Shown: positions 20,718 through 28,312 of the stretch, piece after piece | Layout of the letters: every line of letters starts with the position of its first letter | Numbering within the stretch: position 1 is the first letter of the stretch | NCBI GenBank assembly: GCA_004292985.1 | Contig: RDXT01000797.1 | Coordinates: 1-32,536, forward strand | Origin: Bacteroidota bacterium | Lineage (GTDB): Bacteria; Bacteroidota; Bacteroidia; J057 | Reading direction: 5' to 3' | DNA: 32,536 nt | Notes under the pieces: generated by a model | Databases searched by the model: none | Told to the model about the DNA's origin: nothing | The model's input: only the letters and a program-made list of their open reading frames with translations | Made by a program: the position numbers and the translations under genes

Positions 20718-21416
20718 TTAGATTCCCGTTACAGAGGATTTGTCAACCTTGATACCGGGGCCCATGGTAGAGCTTAGGAAGATTGACCTGAAATAGATGC
20801 CTTTTGCGCCCGTAGGCTTCAGCTTGTTGATGGTCTGAAGCAGTTCGGTAGCGTTTTCGGTGAGCTTATCCGCATCGAAGGAAAGCTTTCCTACTCCGGC
20901 ATGTACGATTCCGGTTTTATCAACACGGAAGTCAATCTTACCCGCTTTAACCTCTTTCACAGCCGACCCTACGTCGGGGGTTACGGTTCCGCTCTTAGGG
21001 TTTGGCATGAGGCCACGTGGACCGAGTACACGGCCCAGTTTACCTACCTTAGCCATAACATCCGGAGAACAGATGATCACATCAATGTCGGTCCAGCCGC
21101 CATTGATTTTTTCGATGAAGTCGTCGAGACCTACATACTCGGCACCTGCTTCGCGTGCGGCAGCTTCTTTGTCGGGGGTGGTAAGTACCAGCACCCGAAC
21201 TGTTTTACCCGTACCGTGAGGCAGGGCAGCAGTACCGCGCACGTTTTGGTTGGCCTGGCGGGGATCTACTCCCAGCCGGACGTGCAGTTCGATCGTTTCA
21301 TCAAACTTGGCGAAAGTAGCTTCTTTGAGCATTTTGATTGCATCAGAGAGCGCATAGACTTTCGTCTTGTCCACGGCTGCACCAGCCTTCTTGTTATTCT
21401 TTGTCAGTGTTGCCAT
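20718..21416 (-). CDS. rplA: 50S ribosomal protein L1
   Basis: 232 aa with L1 motifs ([34 protein letters not shown]). Confidence 0.96.
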   Translation of the reverse strand: MATLTKNNKKAGAAVDKTKVYALSDAIKMLKEATFAKFDETIELHVRLGVDPRQANQNVRGTAALPHGTGKTVRVLVLTTPDKEAAAREAGAEYVGLDDFIEKINGGWTDIDVIICSPDVMAKVGKLGRVLGPRGLMPNPKSGTVTPDVGSAVKEVKAGKIDFRVDKTGIVHAGVGKLSFDADKLTENATELLQTINKLKPTGAKGIYFRSIFLSSTMGPGIKVDKSSVTGI

Positions 21417-21425
21417 GCTTCACAA

Positions 21426-21872
21426 TCACTTTTGCTCCCAGGGGGGCGTGCCTTCAACTGTAATACCCATGCTTCGGGCTGTACCGGCGACCATTTTCAT
21501 TCCAGACTCTACTGTAAAACAGTTGAGATCCGGCATTTTGGCTTCAGCGATCGTCCGCACATCGTTCCATGTTACCTTGCCGTTTTTCTTGCGATTCGGC
21601 TCGGCAGAACCCTTCTGGATTTTGGCAGCTTGCATGAGCAAGGTAGCCGCAGGAGGGGTCTTGATAACAAAGTCAAACGATTTGTCGGTATAGATCGACA
21701 CGACAACCGGTACTACCTGTCCCATTTTGTCCTGCGTGAGCGCGTTGAAGCGCTTGCAGAACTCCATGATGTTCACACCTTTCGAGCCCAGAGCGGGACC
21801 GATCGGCGGAGCGGGGTTGGCTTGCCCTCCTTTGACCTGGAGCTTGACGTAAGTACTAATTTCCTTGGCCAT
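21426..21872 (-). CDS. rplK: 50S ribosomal protein L11
   Basis: 148 aa: [34 protein letters not shown] is the canonical L11 N-terminal domain. Confidence 0.97.
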   Translation of the reverse strand: MAKEISTYVKLQVKGGQANPAPPIGPALGSKGVNIMEFCKRFNALTQDKMGQVVPVVVSIYTDKSFDFVIKTPPAATLLMQAAKIQKGSAEPNRKKNGKVTWNDVRTIAEAKMPDLNCFTVESGMKMVAGTARSMGITVEGTPPWEQK

Positions 21873-21971
21873 TGATCTGGATCAGGTTAACATCGGAGAG
21901 ATATCGGAAACCCAGTGGGAAGCGTTCGACAGATTTCAGAGGAATGAGACCTGCCAACAACCAGATTTCCA

Positions 21972-22514
21972 TTAAAATTCTTTTTCGACCTGGAAGTAGT
22001 TGAGTTCGATCGGCGTATTTCGTCCGAAGATTTTCACAACCACTTTGAGTTTTTTTCTGTCTTCATAGACTTCGTCCACCACACCGGAAAATCCGTTGAA
22101 GGGACCCGCCATTACCTTTACCGGTTCGCCCTTGATAAAAGGCTCTTCCGGCTGTTCGCCTTTCTCATTGGCTTCGTCCACCTTGCCGAGGATTTTGTTT
22201 ACCTCTGCATGGCGAAGCGGCACAGGGTCACCCCCTTTGCTTTCAGCGAGGAAGCCGATGACGTTGGGCACATCTTTAATAACCGGTATAAGCTCCGAGG
22301 AGATTTCGCACTCCAGGAGGATATAGCCGGGCAGGAAGCTACGTTCGCGCAACTTTTTCTTGCCGTTGCGCATTTCAAAGACTTTTTCGGTTGGGATCAG
22401 CACCTGTGAAATCTGCTCATGGAGCTTCAGTCGCTCAATTTCGCTTTCGAGGTACTGCTTTACCTTTTTTTCTTTGCCACTCACTGCCCGAAGGACGTAC
22501 CATTCTTTGGCCAT
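21972..22514 (-). CDS. nusG: transcription termination/antitermination factor NusG
   Basis: MAKEWYVLRAVSGKEKKV (NGN domain) and a C-terminal KOW (GEPVKVMAGPFNGFSGVV). The ORF-track start at 22520 is TTG, so ATG 22514 is preferred. Confidence 0.93.
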   Translation of the reverse strand: MAKEWYVLRAVSGKEKKVKQYLESEIERLKLHEQISQVLIPTEKVFEMRNGKKKLRERSFLPGYILLECEISSELIPVIKDVPNVIGFLAESKGGDPVPLRHAEVNKILGKVDEANEKGEQPEEPFIKGEPVKVMAGPFNGFSGVVDEVYEDRKKLKVVVKIFGRNTPIELNYFQVEKEF

Positions 22515-22525
22515 TCTCAACCTGC

Positions 22526-22720
22526 TTAATTAACGAGAGAGTACAACCCTTTCATAGCAGAGTTGAACACGAAGTCCATACCAAATACAACGAGCGCGAT
22601 CATGATAGAGGCGATCAGTACCGTGACGGTGCTGCTTTGCAACTCTTCGATGCTCGGCCACTGAACTTTATACAGAAGCTCATCTGCATACTCCTTAAAT
22701 AGAGTTCTTAGCTTCTCCAT
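22526..22720 (-). CDS. secE: preprotein translocase subunit SecE
   Basis: 64 aa with a single C-terminal TM helix. It sits in the canonical position between tRNA-Trp and nusG. Confidence 0.85.
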   Translation of the reverse strand: MEKLRTLFKEYADELLYKVQWPSIEELQSSTVTVLIASIMIALVVFGMDFVFNSAMKGLYSLVN

Positions 22721-22736
22721 TTTCTTGTTTTGTTTG

Positions 22737-22809
22737 CACGGGCGGAAGGTCTCGAACCCTCAGCCTTCGGTTTTGGAGACCGACGCTCTACCAATTGAGC
22801 TACGCCCGT
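22737..22809 (-). tRNA. tRNA-Trp (anticodon CCA)
   Basis: Hand-folded cloverleaf: ACGGGCG-TA-GCTC[AATTGGTA]GAGC-G-TCGGT[CTCCAAA]ACCGA-AGGCT-GAGGG[TTCGAGA]CCTTC-CGCCCGT-G. The 3' CCA is not encoded. Confidence 0.9.
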
Positions 22810-22833
22810 ATGCCGCGTGGCTTTCACCACAAA

Positions 22834-22868
22834 TAAGAAAAAGATACCCCCTTAGAAGCGGGGGTATC
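22834..22868 (-). terminator. rho-independent terminator downstream of tuf
   Basis: The minus strand reads GATACCCCC-gcttctaa-GGGGGTATC followed by TTTTTCTTATTT, 17 nt after the tuf stop. Confidence 0.75.
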
Positions 22869-22884
22869 ATACGTTTTGTTTCAA

Positions 22885-24084
22885 TTAATCAGGGAGAACT
22901 TCGGTTACCTGACCAGCGCCGATGGTACGACCACCTTCGCGGATAGCGAAACGAAGACCTTTTTCCATAGCTACTTCATAGATCAGCGCAACGGTAACAG
23001 AGATGTTATCGCCAGGCATTACCATGTCCACACCTGCTGGCAGGCTGATTACGCCTGTTACGTCGGTGGTACGGAAGTAGAACTGAGGACGGTAGTTGGA
23101 GAAGAACGGAGTGTGACGGCCACCTTCTTCTTTGCTCAGCACGTACACTTCAGCTTTGAAGTTTTTGTGTGGCTTTACAGAACCTGGCTTCACAACCACC
23201 ATTCCGCGACGGATCTGGGTTTTGTCAACACCGCGGAGGAGGAGACCTACGTTGTCACCTGCTTCACCGGTATCCAGAATTTTGCGGAACATTTCTACAC
23301 CGGTTACGGTAGAGTTCATTTTTTCAGCGCCGAGGCCGATGATTTCTACCGGATCACCTGTGTTGATGGTGCCGCGCTCGATACGACCTGTAGCAACGGT
23401 ACCACGACCTGTGATCGTGAACACGTCTTCTACGGGCATAAGGAAAGGCTTGTCTTTGTCGCGCTCAGGAGTTGGGATGAAGTCATCCACAGACTGCATG
23501 AGTTCGAGGATTTTTTCTACCCACACTGGCTCGCCGCTGAGGCCACCGAGAGCGGAGCCGCGGATAACGGGGGTGTCATCACCAGGGAAGCCATAGATGT
23601 TGAGCAGGTCGCGGATTTCCATCTCCACCAGTTCGAGGAGTTCTTCGTCGTCCACGAGGTCAACCTTGTTCATAAACACCACCAGCGAAGGTACACCTAC
23701 CTGACGTGCGAGGAGGATGTGTTCGCGGGTTTGAGGCATCGGACCGTCAGTAGCAGCAACGACCAGAATGCCACCGTCCATCTGAGCAGCACCGGTAACC
23801 ATGTTTTTCACATAGTCGGCGTGACCTGGGCAGTCCACGTGTGCGTAGTGGCGGTTTGCGGTTTCGTACTCTACGTGCGCAGTGTTGATGGTGATACCAC
23901 GCTCTCTTTCTTCGGGAGCGTTGTCAATCTGATCAAACGCGACGGCTTTAGCATTGCCACCTGTTTTGGATTCAGAGAGTACCTTGGTAATAGCTGCGGT
24001 GAGAGTGGTCTTACCGTGGTCAACGTGTCCGATGGTACCGATGTTTACGTGCGGCTTGTTACGTTGAAATTGTTCCTTTGCCAT
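22885..24084 (-). CDS. tuf: elongation factor Tu
   Basis: 399 aa. GTPase motifs [17 protein letters not shown] and NKVD, preceded by the usual tRNA cluster. Confidence 0.98.
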   Translation of the reverse strand: MAKEQFQRNKPHVNIGTIGHVDHGKTTLTAAITKVLSESKTGGNAKAVAFDQIDNAPEERERGITINTAHVEYETANRHYAHVDCPGHADYVKNMVTGAAQMDGGILVVAATDGPMPQTREHILLARQVGVPSLVVFMNKVDLVDDEELLELVEMEIRDLLNIYGFPGDDTPVIRGSALGGLSGEPVWVEKILELMQSVDDFIPTPERDKDKPFLMPVEDVFTITGRGTVATGRIERGTINTGDPVEIIGLGAEKMNSTVTGVEMFRKILDTGEAGDNVGLLLRGVDKTQIRRGMVVVKPGSVKPHKNFKAEVYVLSKEEGGRHTPFFSNYRPQFYFRTTDVTGVISLPAGVDMVMPGDNISVTVALIYEVAMEKGLRFAIREGGRTIGAGQVTEVLPD

Positions 24085-24133
24085 CGTGATATGCGTGTTT
24101 CTGAGAGACTTTGCTTAAAAAAAACAAAATTGA

Positions 24134-24206
24134 GAGCCAATGGCCGGAATCGAACCGGCGACCCCCACCTTACCATGGTGGTGCTCTACCTGCTGAGCTA
24201 CATTGG
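24134..24206 (-). tRNA. tRNA-Thr (anticodon GGT)
   Basis: Hand-folded: GCCAATG-TA-GCTC[AGCAGGTA]GAGC-A-CCACC[ATGGTAA]GGTGG-GGGTC-GCCGG[TTCGATT]CCGGC-CATTGGC-T. CCA is not encoded. Confidence 0.88.
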
Positions 24207-24226
24207 CTTCTCTGATACAAAAAAAA

Positions 24227-24299
24227 GAGCGGGAGACGAGGCTCGAACCCGCGACCCTCAGCTTGGAAGGCTGATGCTCTACCAACTGAGCTACTCCCG
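24227..24299 (-). tRNA. tRNA-Gly (anticodon TCC)
   Basis: Hand-folded: GCGGGAG-TA-GCTC[AGTTGGTA]GAGC-A-TCAGC[CTTCCAA]GCTGA-GGGTC-GCGGG[TTCGAGC]CTCGT-CTCCCGC-T. CCA is not encoded. Confidence 0.88.
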
Positions 24300-24343
24300 C
24301 CTGTTTAACCTTATCAAAAGAACGAAAGGCTTTCCATGCCTTT

Positions 24344-24426
24344 GTGGGGGAAGGAGGATTCGAACCTCCGAAGTCGTAAGACAACAGATTTACAGTCTGT
24401 CCCATTTGGCCGCTCTGGAATTCCCC
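24344..24426 (-). tRNA. tRNA-Tyr (anticodon GTA), type II with a long variable arm
   Basis: Hand-folded: GGGGGAA...ACAGA[CTGTAAA]TCTGT-TGTCTTACGACTTC-GGAGG[TTCGAAT]CCTCC-TTCCCCC-A. CCA is not encoded. Confidence 0.88.
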
Positions 24427-24443
24427 CAGATTTTCTATGTCAA

Positions 24444-24516
24444 GAGCCGGTGGACGGATTCGAACCCCCGACCTGCTGATTACAAATCAGCTGCTCTACC
24501 AGCTGAGCTACACCGG
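24444..24516 (-). tRNA. tRNA-Thr (anticodon TGT)
   Basis: Hand-folded: GCCGGTG-TA-GCTC[AGCTGGTA]GAGC-A-GCTGA[TTTGTAA]TCAGC-AGGTC-GGGGG[TTCGAAT]CCGTC-CACCGGC-T. There is one G-G mismatch in the T stem. CCA is not encoded. Confidence 0.85.
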
Positions 24517-24634
24517 CGGTAATACCTTTGTCGTATGGATACACCTGCCAAAAAAACCGCGTAAAGTTAGGGAAGCGGTGTTAAGAAATCAACAAGCTGA
24601 GAAAAAAAATATCGCTTCCCTTCGAAACCCTTTA

Positions 24635-24991
24635 TTAAGCTCTTCCTGACTCGTCTTCGCGGATACGGGCGTCTTTGCCGATCTTGTCGCGGAGATAAAA
24701 CAGGCGTGCCCGGCGAACGCGACCGCGCTTGAGGACTTCGATTTTTTCGACCGAAGGCGAGTGGAGCGGGAAAATCCGCTCTACGCCGATACCCCCTGAA
24801 ATTTTGCGTACGGTGAAGGTTTCGGTAGCACCTGCGCCTTTGCGCTGGATACAGACACCGCGGAACTGCTGAATACGTTCCTTGTTACCTTCAATAATTT
24901 TCACGTACACATTGACAGTATCACCGGCACGGAATGACGGAGTGTCTTTACGTAAAAAGGGGGCTTCGATAAGTTTAATCAAGTCTTCCAT
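24635..24991 (-). CDS. rplS: 50S ribosomal protein L19
   Basis: [48 protein letters not shown]... is a canonical L19 sequence. The 18 hydrophobic codons of the upstream extension (to 25045) are not L19-like, so ATG 24991 is preferred. Confidence 0.93.
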   Translation of the reverse strand: MEDLIKLIEAPFLRKDTPSFRAGDTVNVYVKIIEGNKERIQQFRGVCIQRKGAGATETFTVRKISGGIGVERIFPLHSPSVEKIEVLKRGRVRRARLFYLRDKIGKDARIREDESGRA

Positions 24992-25122
24992 AGCGGTCTT
25001 TGATTTGACGGGCAGCAAAATTAGCACTATTTCCAGACAGAGCAAAGGGAAAAGGGAAAAAATATGAAGATTTTTTTGAGGCCTTCGAAGAGTGACTGTT
25101 GGGAGGGGGTGGAGTCTCCTTA

Positions 25123-25566
25123 TCAGGGGTTTTGACGACGCATTTCGGATTGGCGCATGGGCATAGCGTCTATGATGGCAAACAGTTTTTCAGGAGCGAC
25201 AGGCATCAGCGACCTGAATTTTTCGGTGCCGTCTTTGCCTATCAGGAGTACCGTAAAGGCATCAGAGGTAACGCTAAAGGTTTTGCGCCAGACTTCAAGG
25301 GTAGCCTGCGGTGGATTTTCGCTTTGTGGGGAAGGGAGAACGATGATTTTCAAATCGCGCTCCGGCAGGCCTGTGCTGCGCTGGGGTTCAAGCAGGGCAA
25401 ACTGCTGCTGTGTCTGCGGATCGTCAGCAGCAGGGGTAAAGATGAGGATCAGCCGGTTTGTCCAGCGGTAGGTATCGGGGGTCTGCGAAAAGGCAGGCAT
25501 CAGAGACAGGATGAGGGCGGAGAGGAAGAGCAAGGGACGTATGCAGGCAGGAAGGGATGCAGACAT
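25123..25566 (-). CDS. secreted DUF4174-like protein
   Basis: ATG start and signal peptide ([17 protein letters not shown]). The motifs W.NRLILIF, ERDLKII, LIGKDG.EK and [14 protein letters not shown] fit my recollection of the DUF4174 family signature. Confidence 0.55.
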   Translation of the reverse strand: MSASLPACIRPLLFLSALILSLMPAFSQTPDTYRWTNRLILIFTPAADDPQTQQQFALLEPQRSTGLPERDLKIIVLPSPQSENPPQATLEVWRKTFSVTSDAFTVLLIGKDGTEKFRSLMPVAPEKLFAIIDAMPMRQSEMRRQNP

Positions 25567-25596
25567 GTGGAGATATTGAAGGCGTTCACAGGGGAG

Positions 25597-26274
25597 TTAT
25601 TCCTGGAGTAAATCGGGCCGGAGGCGGCGGGTTTTGTCGAGGGCGCTCTGGTCGCGCCAATCCTCAATATTGCGCTGGTGGCCGGAGAGGAGGACATCGG
25701 GCACGGTGTGCCCTTCGAAGTCGGCAGGACGGGTATAGACAGGCGCGTCGAGCAGGTTGTCCTGAAAGGCATCTAAGAGGGCGGAGCCTTCGTCGCCGAG
25801 CACGCCGGGGATCAGACGCCCAAGGGCATCTACGAGGACGAGGGCGGGCAGTTCTCCGCCGGAGAGAACGTAGTCGCCGATGGATATTTCGCGGGTGATG
25901 AAGAGGTCGCGCACACGCTGGTCCACGCCTTTGTAATGGCCTGCCAGCAGGATCAGGTTGTTCAGCAGAGAGAGCTGATTGGCCAGGGGCTGACGGAAGG
26001 TTTCGCCGTCGGGGCTGAGGTAAATGACCTCGTCGTAGCTGCGCTCAGCCTGAAGGGCACGGATGCAGCGCGCGATCGGCTCGACCATCATCACCATGCC
26101 GGGACCGCCGCCAAAGGGGTAGTCGTCTATGTGGCGGTGTTTGTTTTCGGCATAATCGCGCAGGTCGTGGACATGCACCTCAAGCAGGCCTTTGTCTTGT
26201 GCCCGCTTGAGGATGCTGTGAGAAAGCGGCCCCTCCAGAAGACGGGGCACGCAGGAAATAATGTCTATACGCAC
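25597..26274 (-). CDS. trmD: tRNA (guanine37-N1)-methyltransferase
   Basis: GTG start giving [17 protein letters not shown]. TrmD motifs [40 protein letters not shown] and [10 protein letters not shown]. Confidence 0.95.
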   Translation of the reverse strand: MRIDIISCVPRLLEGPLSHSILKRAQDKGLLEVHVHDLRDYAENKHRHIDDYPFGGGPGMVMMVEPIARCIRALQAERSYDEVIYLSPDGETFRQPLANQLSLLNNLILLAGHYKGVDQRVRDLFITREISIGDYVLSGGELPALVLVDALGRLIPGVLGDEGSALLDAFQDNLLDAPVYTRPADFEGHTVPDVLLSGHQRNIEDWRDQSALDKTRRLRPDLLQE

Positions 26275-26284
26275 AGAAAGCGGC

Positions 26285-26773
26285 TTAAATGAATTCGAGT
26301 TCGCTCTCCTGAAGGATGCGGATGGGGCGCTTGAGGCTCTCTTCGAGGGAAATGAAGGTCTCCGTGCGCTGGATGCCTTCGATGGGCTGCACTTTGTCGT
26401 TGAGGATGCTGCGCAGCTCGCGGGTATTGCGGCTCACGATCTTGAGGAATATCCCGTAGCGGCCGGTCGTGTAGTGAATTTCCGTGATTTCGGGTATCTG
26501 CTCCAGTTGTTTCACGATGCGGTTGTATAAAGAACCTTTTTCGAGAAACATCCCCACGAAAGCACAGATGTCGTATCCCAGCTTGCTGGCGTCTATCTCC
26601 ATGTGAGAGCCTTTGACTACCCCTTTCTCCATGAGCTTCTTCATCCGCACATGAACCGTGCCCCCGGAAATCTCCAATTGCTTGGCAATCTCCGTGTAGG
26701 CCTTCTGGGCATCCTGCATGAGTATCGAAAGAATTTGCAGGTCCAGTTTATCAATTTCTAAAATAGTGCTCAT
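26285..26773 (-). CDS. Lrp/AsnC family transcriptional regulator
   Basis: ATG start. N-terminal wHTH ([40 protein letters not shown]) and a C-terminal RAM/AsnC_trans_reg domain. 162 aa. Confidence 0.85.
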   Translation of the reverse strand: MSTILEIDKLDLQILSILMQDAQKAYTEIAKQLEISGGTVHVRMKKLMEKGVVKGSHMEIDASKLGYDICAFVGMFLEKGSLYNRIVKQLEQIPEITEIHYTTGRYGIFLKIVSRNTRELRSILNDKVQPIEGIQRTETFISLEESLKRPIRILQESELEFI

Positions 26774-26860
26774 AATTTTGAAACTAAAACAAAGGAATGG
26801 TAATAAAAAAGCATTTTTATTGATATAATTTTAATAAAGGAAAAAAATATTAAAAATTTC

Positions 26861-26891
26861 TTGACAAAAGGGGTGTTTTGTTATAGATTTG
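26861..26891 (+). promoter_or_regulatory. strong promoter driving the plus-strand tRNA-like RNA
   Basis: TTGACA (26861-26866), a 17-nt spacer, then TAGATT. The same region reads TAGATTTG (26884-26891), which matches the Bacteroidota -7 consensus TAnnTTTG with a TTG about 20 nt upstream. The predicted TSS is near 26897-26899. Confidence 0.55.
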
Positions 26892-26958
26892 TATCATAAT
26901 GACTGACGGAAATGCTCTGGTAGTCACGTTCTTGGATAGCGTTACTTTATTTTTACCC

Positions 26959-27075
26959 TGTAGGGTGATGAAACTGGCAGCCATGCCCTCTGGTCTCGAG
27001 GGTGGGGGCTGAGGCACAAATTCCCGCAAGGGAGCTAACCTCCCCGTGAAGGTTCGAATCCTTCCCCTACAGCCA
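26959..27075 (+). ncRNA. unclassified tRNA-like RNA (type-II Leu/Ser-like cloverleaf, aberrant anticodon loop, 45-nt variable arm, encoded CCA)
   Basis: Hand fold: TGTAGGG-TG-ATG[AAACTGGCAGC]CAT-G-CCCTC[TGGTCTC]GAGGG-T GGGGGCTGAGGCACAAATTCCC[GCAA]GGGAGCTAACCTCCCC GT-GAAGG[TTCGAAT]CCTTC-CCCTACA-G-CCA.
- Canonical features: 7-bp acceptor, U8, G18G19-type D loop, TTCGAAT T-loop.
- Non-canonical features: the anticodon loop has G at 33 and a pyrimidine at 37.
It has its own promoter and terminator. Confidence 0.6.
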
Positions 27076-27096
27076 GGTGTTTTGAGTCTGATGAAT

Positions 27097-27130
27097 AAGC
27101 CTTCTGAACAATTGTTCAGAAGGCTTTTTT
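27097..27130 (+). terminator. rho-independent terminator of the tRNA-like RNA (shared hairpin with the convergent gene)
   Basis: AAGCCTTCTGAA-caattg-TTCAGAAGGCTT followed by TTTTCG on the plus strand. On the minus strand the same hairpin follows the stop of the 27152..28312 gene but lacks a U-tract. Confidence 0.75.
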
Positions 27131-27151
27131 CGTATGAAGGTGCTATGCGCA

Positions 27152-28312
27152 TCACTTTTCTTCGTTTAAGCGGCGGCGCAGCACGAGAATGTCCTGCTGG
27201 AGCTTTTTGATGTCCTGCTGGGCCTGTACCAGGGCTTCATTATCCACGGGTGCGCCGCTCTGGGCCGGGCGGTTAGCGGCAGTGGTGGATTTAGGGGCTT
27301 TTTTGAAAATATCAAACAGGCCCCGCGTGCCTTCTTCTTCTGAGGCGAGGGAGGGATCTCCTTCGACAACGGCGGTTGTTACGGCTTCGAGGCGCTTGTT
27401 CACATTTTCGGCGTGTGCCTGAAAACGTTGCTCCAGTGCGTATTGTTTTTCGAGGGCATCGGCGCGGCTGCTGTCGAGGTTGATCCGGAACTGGAAGAGT
27501 TTGGCTGGCAGCTCGATAATGGCCCTGATGATCTGCAGGGGCAATTCGATCATGGCCATAGCTGTGCTGGGCTTCACGAGGCGAATGCTGGAAGGGTAGC
27601 CAGATGCATCAAAATTGATGTCAAACTCTGTCTGTACCCAAGGCTCAAGGGGGATTTCGATAAAGTGAACTTCGCTTTTGTGGGGCAGGCGCAGTTCGTA
27701 GCGGAACAGCTCATTTTCACCGGAACTCAGCACAAAGTCATAGGTGCCCATCGGCTTGCAAAACACCCCTGAACGAAGGGCCGCGTCATTGCGGCTCATC
27801 TGGCTGCTGATATTGGACGACTGCTCTTCGACGCTAAATATCAGGCTCATATCGGGGCTGTTTGCTGCGAGGGCTTTGTTTACCCGCTCAAGTGCCTTGC
27901 TATCAAATGGATTGATTACCCCCGAAAACAGCAGCACCGGCACAGCGGCCATCCCATCTATGTCGCGGGTACGCACACCCGGCGCAATGGCCACCTCGGC
28001 CACAGCAGAACCCAACTCCACAATTTTTCCCAGAAAAGCGCCTGTTTCGTCTTTAATTACGGTTTTGAGCGACTGGAGGAAGCCTTTTTCACTAAAAGCC
28101 ACATCAAGGGTATCGCTCGAAAAGGGAGACGCCGTATATTTCAGATAATATACGTGCTCAGGATCAGGGACCAGTTCAGCGGTAGGCTGCTCGAAAGCGA
28201 CGCTGCCTCCCTGCCGGGCAATTTTGATGCTCACCATTCCCTTCGGGAGGTGGTAACAGTGCAGGGTACCGCTCGAAGGTGTGGGAGTGGAGACGAGCAT
28301 GTTTTTAGCCAT
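27152..28312 (-). CDS. hypothetical protein with a C-terminal coiled-coil/disordered tail; no family recognised
   Basis: A long ORF with native-looking codon usage. ATG 28312 (MAKNMLVSTPTP...) is preferred over the upstream start at 28372. There is no signal peptide or TM segment. The last ~110 aa are heptad-like or low-complexity (ALEKQYALEQRFQAHAENVNKRLEA ... VQAQQDIKKLQQDILVLRRRLNEEK). Confidence 0.6.
   Translation of the reverse strand: MAKNMLVSTPTPSSGTLHCYHLPKGMVSIKIARQGGSVAFEQPTAELVPDPEHVYYLKYTASPFSSDTLDVAFSEKGFLQSLKTVIKDETGAFLGKIVELGSAVAEVAIAPGVRTRDIDGMAAVPVLLFSGVINPFDSKALERVNKALAANSPDMSLIFSVEEQSSNISSQMSRNDAALRSGVFCKPMGTYDFVLSSGENELFRYELRLPHKSEVHFIEIPLEPWVQTEFDINFDASGYPSSIRLVKPSTAMAMIELPLQIIRAIIELPAKLFQFRINLDSSRADALEKQYALEQRFQAHAENVNKRLEAVTTAVVEGDPSLASEEEGTRGLFDIFKKAPKSTTAANRPAQSGAPVDNEALVQAQQDIKKLQQDILVLRRRLNEEK

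Noticed and set aside
21873-21971. A possible ribosomal-protein (L1/L11 operon) leader in the 100-nt nusG-rplK spacer.
   Set aside because: I could not identify a convincing mimic of the 23S L1-binding site or a stable conserved fold by eye. A covariance-model search would be needed.
24517-24634. An 8-bp complementarity (GGGAAGCG ... CGCTTCCC) in the rplS / tRNA-Thr spacer, as a candidate rplS terminator.
   Set aside because: The arms are about 45 nt apart and the T-run lies inside the loop, so it is not a canonical intrinsic terminator. A promoter for the tRNA-tuf unit probably lies here, but I found no clean TTG/TAnnTTTG pair.
26897-27130. The tRNA-like RNA could be tmRNA, SRP (4.5S) RNA, tRNA-Sec, or an ordinary tRNA-Leu or tRNA-Ser.
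   Set aside because: - tmRNA: the unit is about 150 nt too short, has no tag ORF (no ...NYALAA-type reading frame) and lacks the GGGGCUGA 5' / UCCACCA 3' pairing.
- SRP RNA: there is no long end-to-end hairpin and no GGAA/AGCA domain-IV motif, and the T-arm would be unexplained.
- tRNA-Sec: there is no UCA anticodon and no 8/5 acceptor/T arrangement or 6-bp D stem.
- Ordinary tRNA-Leu or tRNA-Ser: the anticodon loop UGGUCUC lacks U33 and a purine at 37, and the variable arm is about three times normal length.

These rejections rest on hand folding and should be confirmed with covariance models.
26850-27155. A 101-aa minus-strand ORF overlapping the tRNA-like RNA.
   Set aside because: It is antisense to a promoter/terminator-bounded structured RNA. 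It runs through the terminator hairpin and the AT-rich promoter and has an implausible composition. The structure on the plus strand explains the region better.
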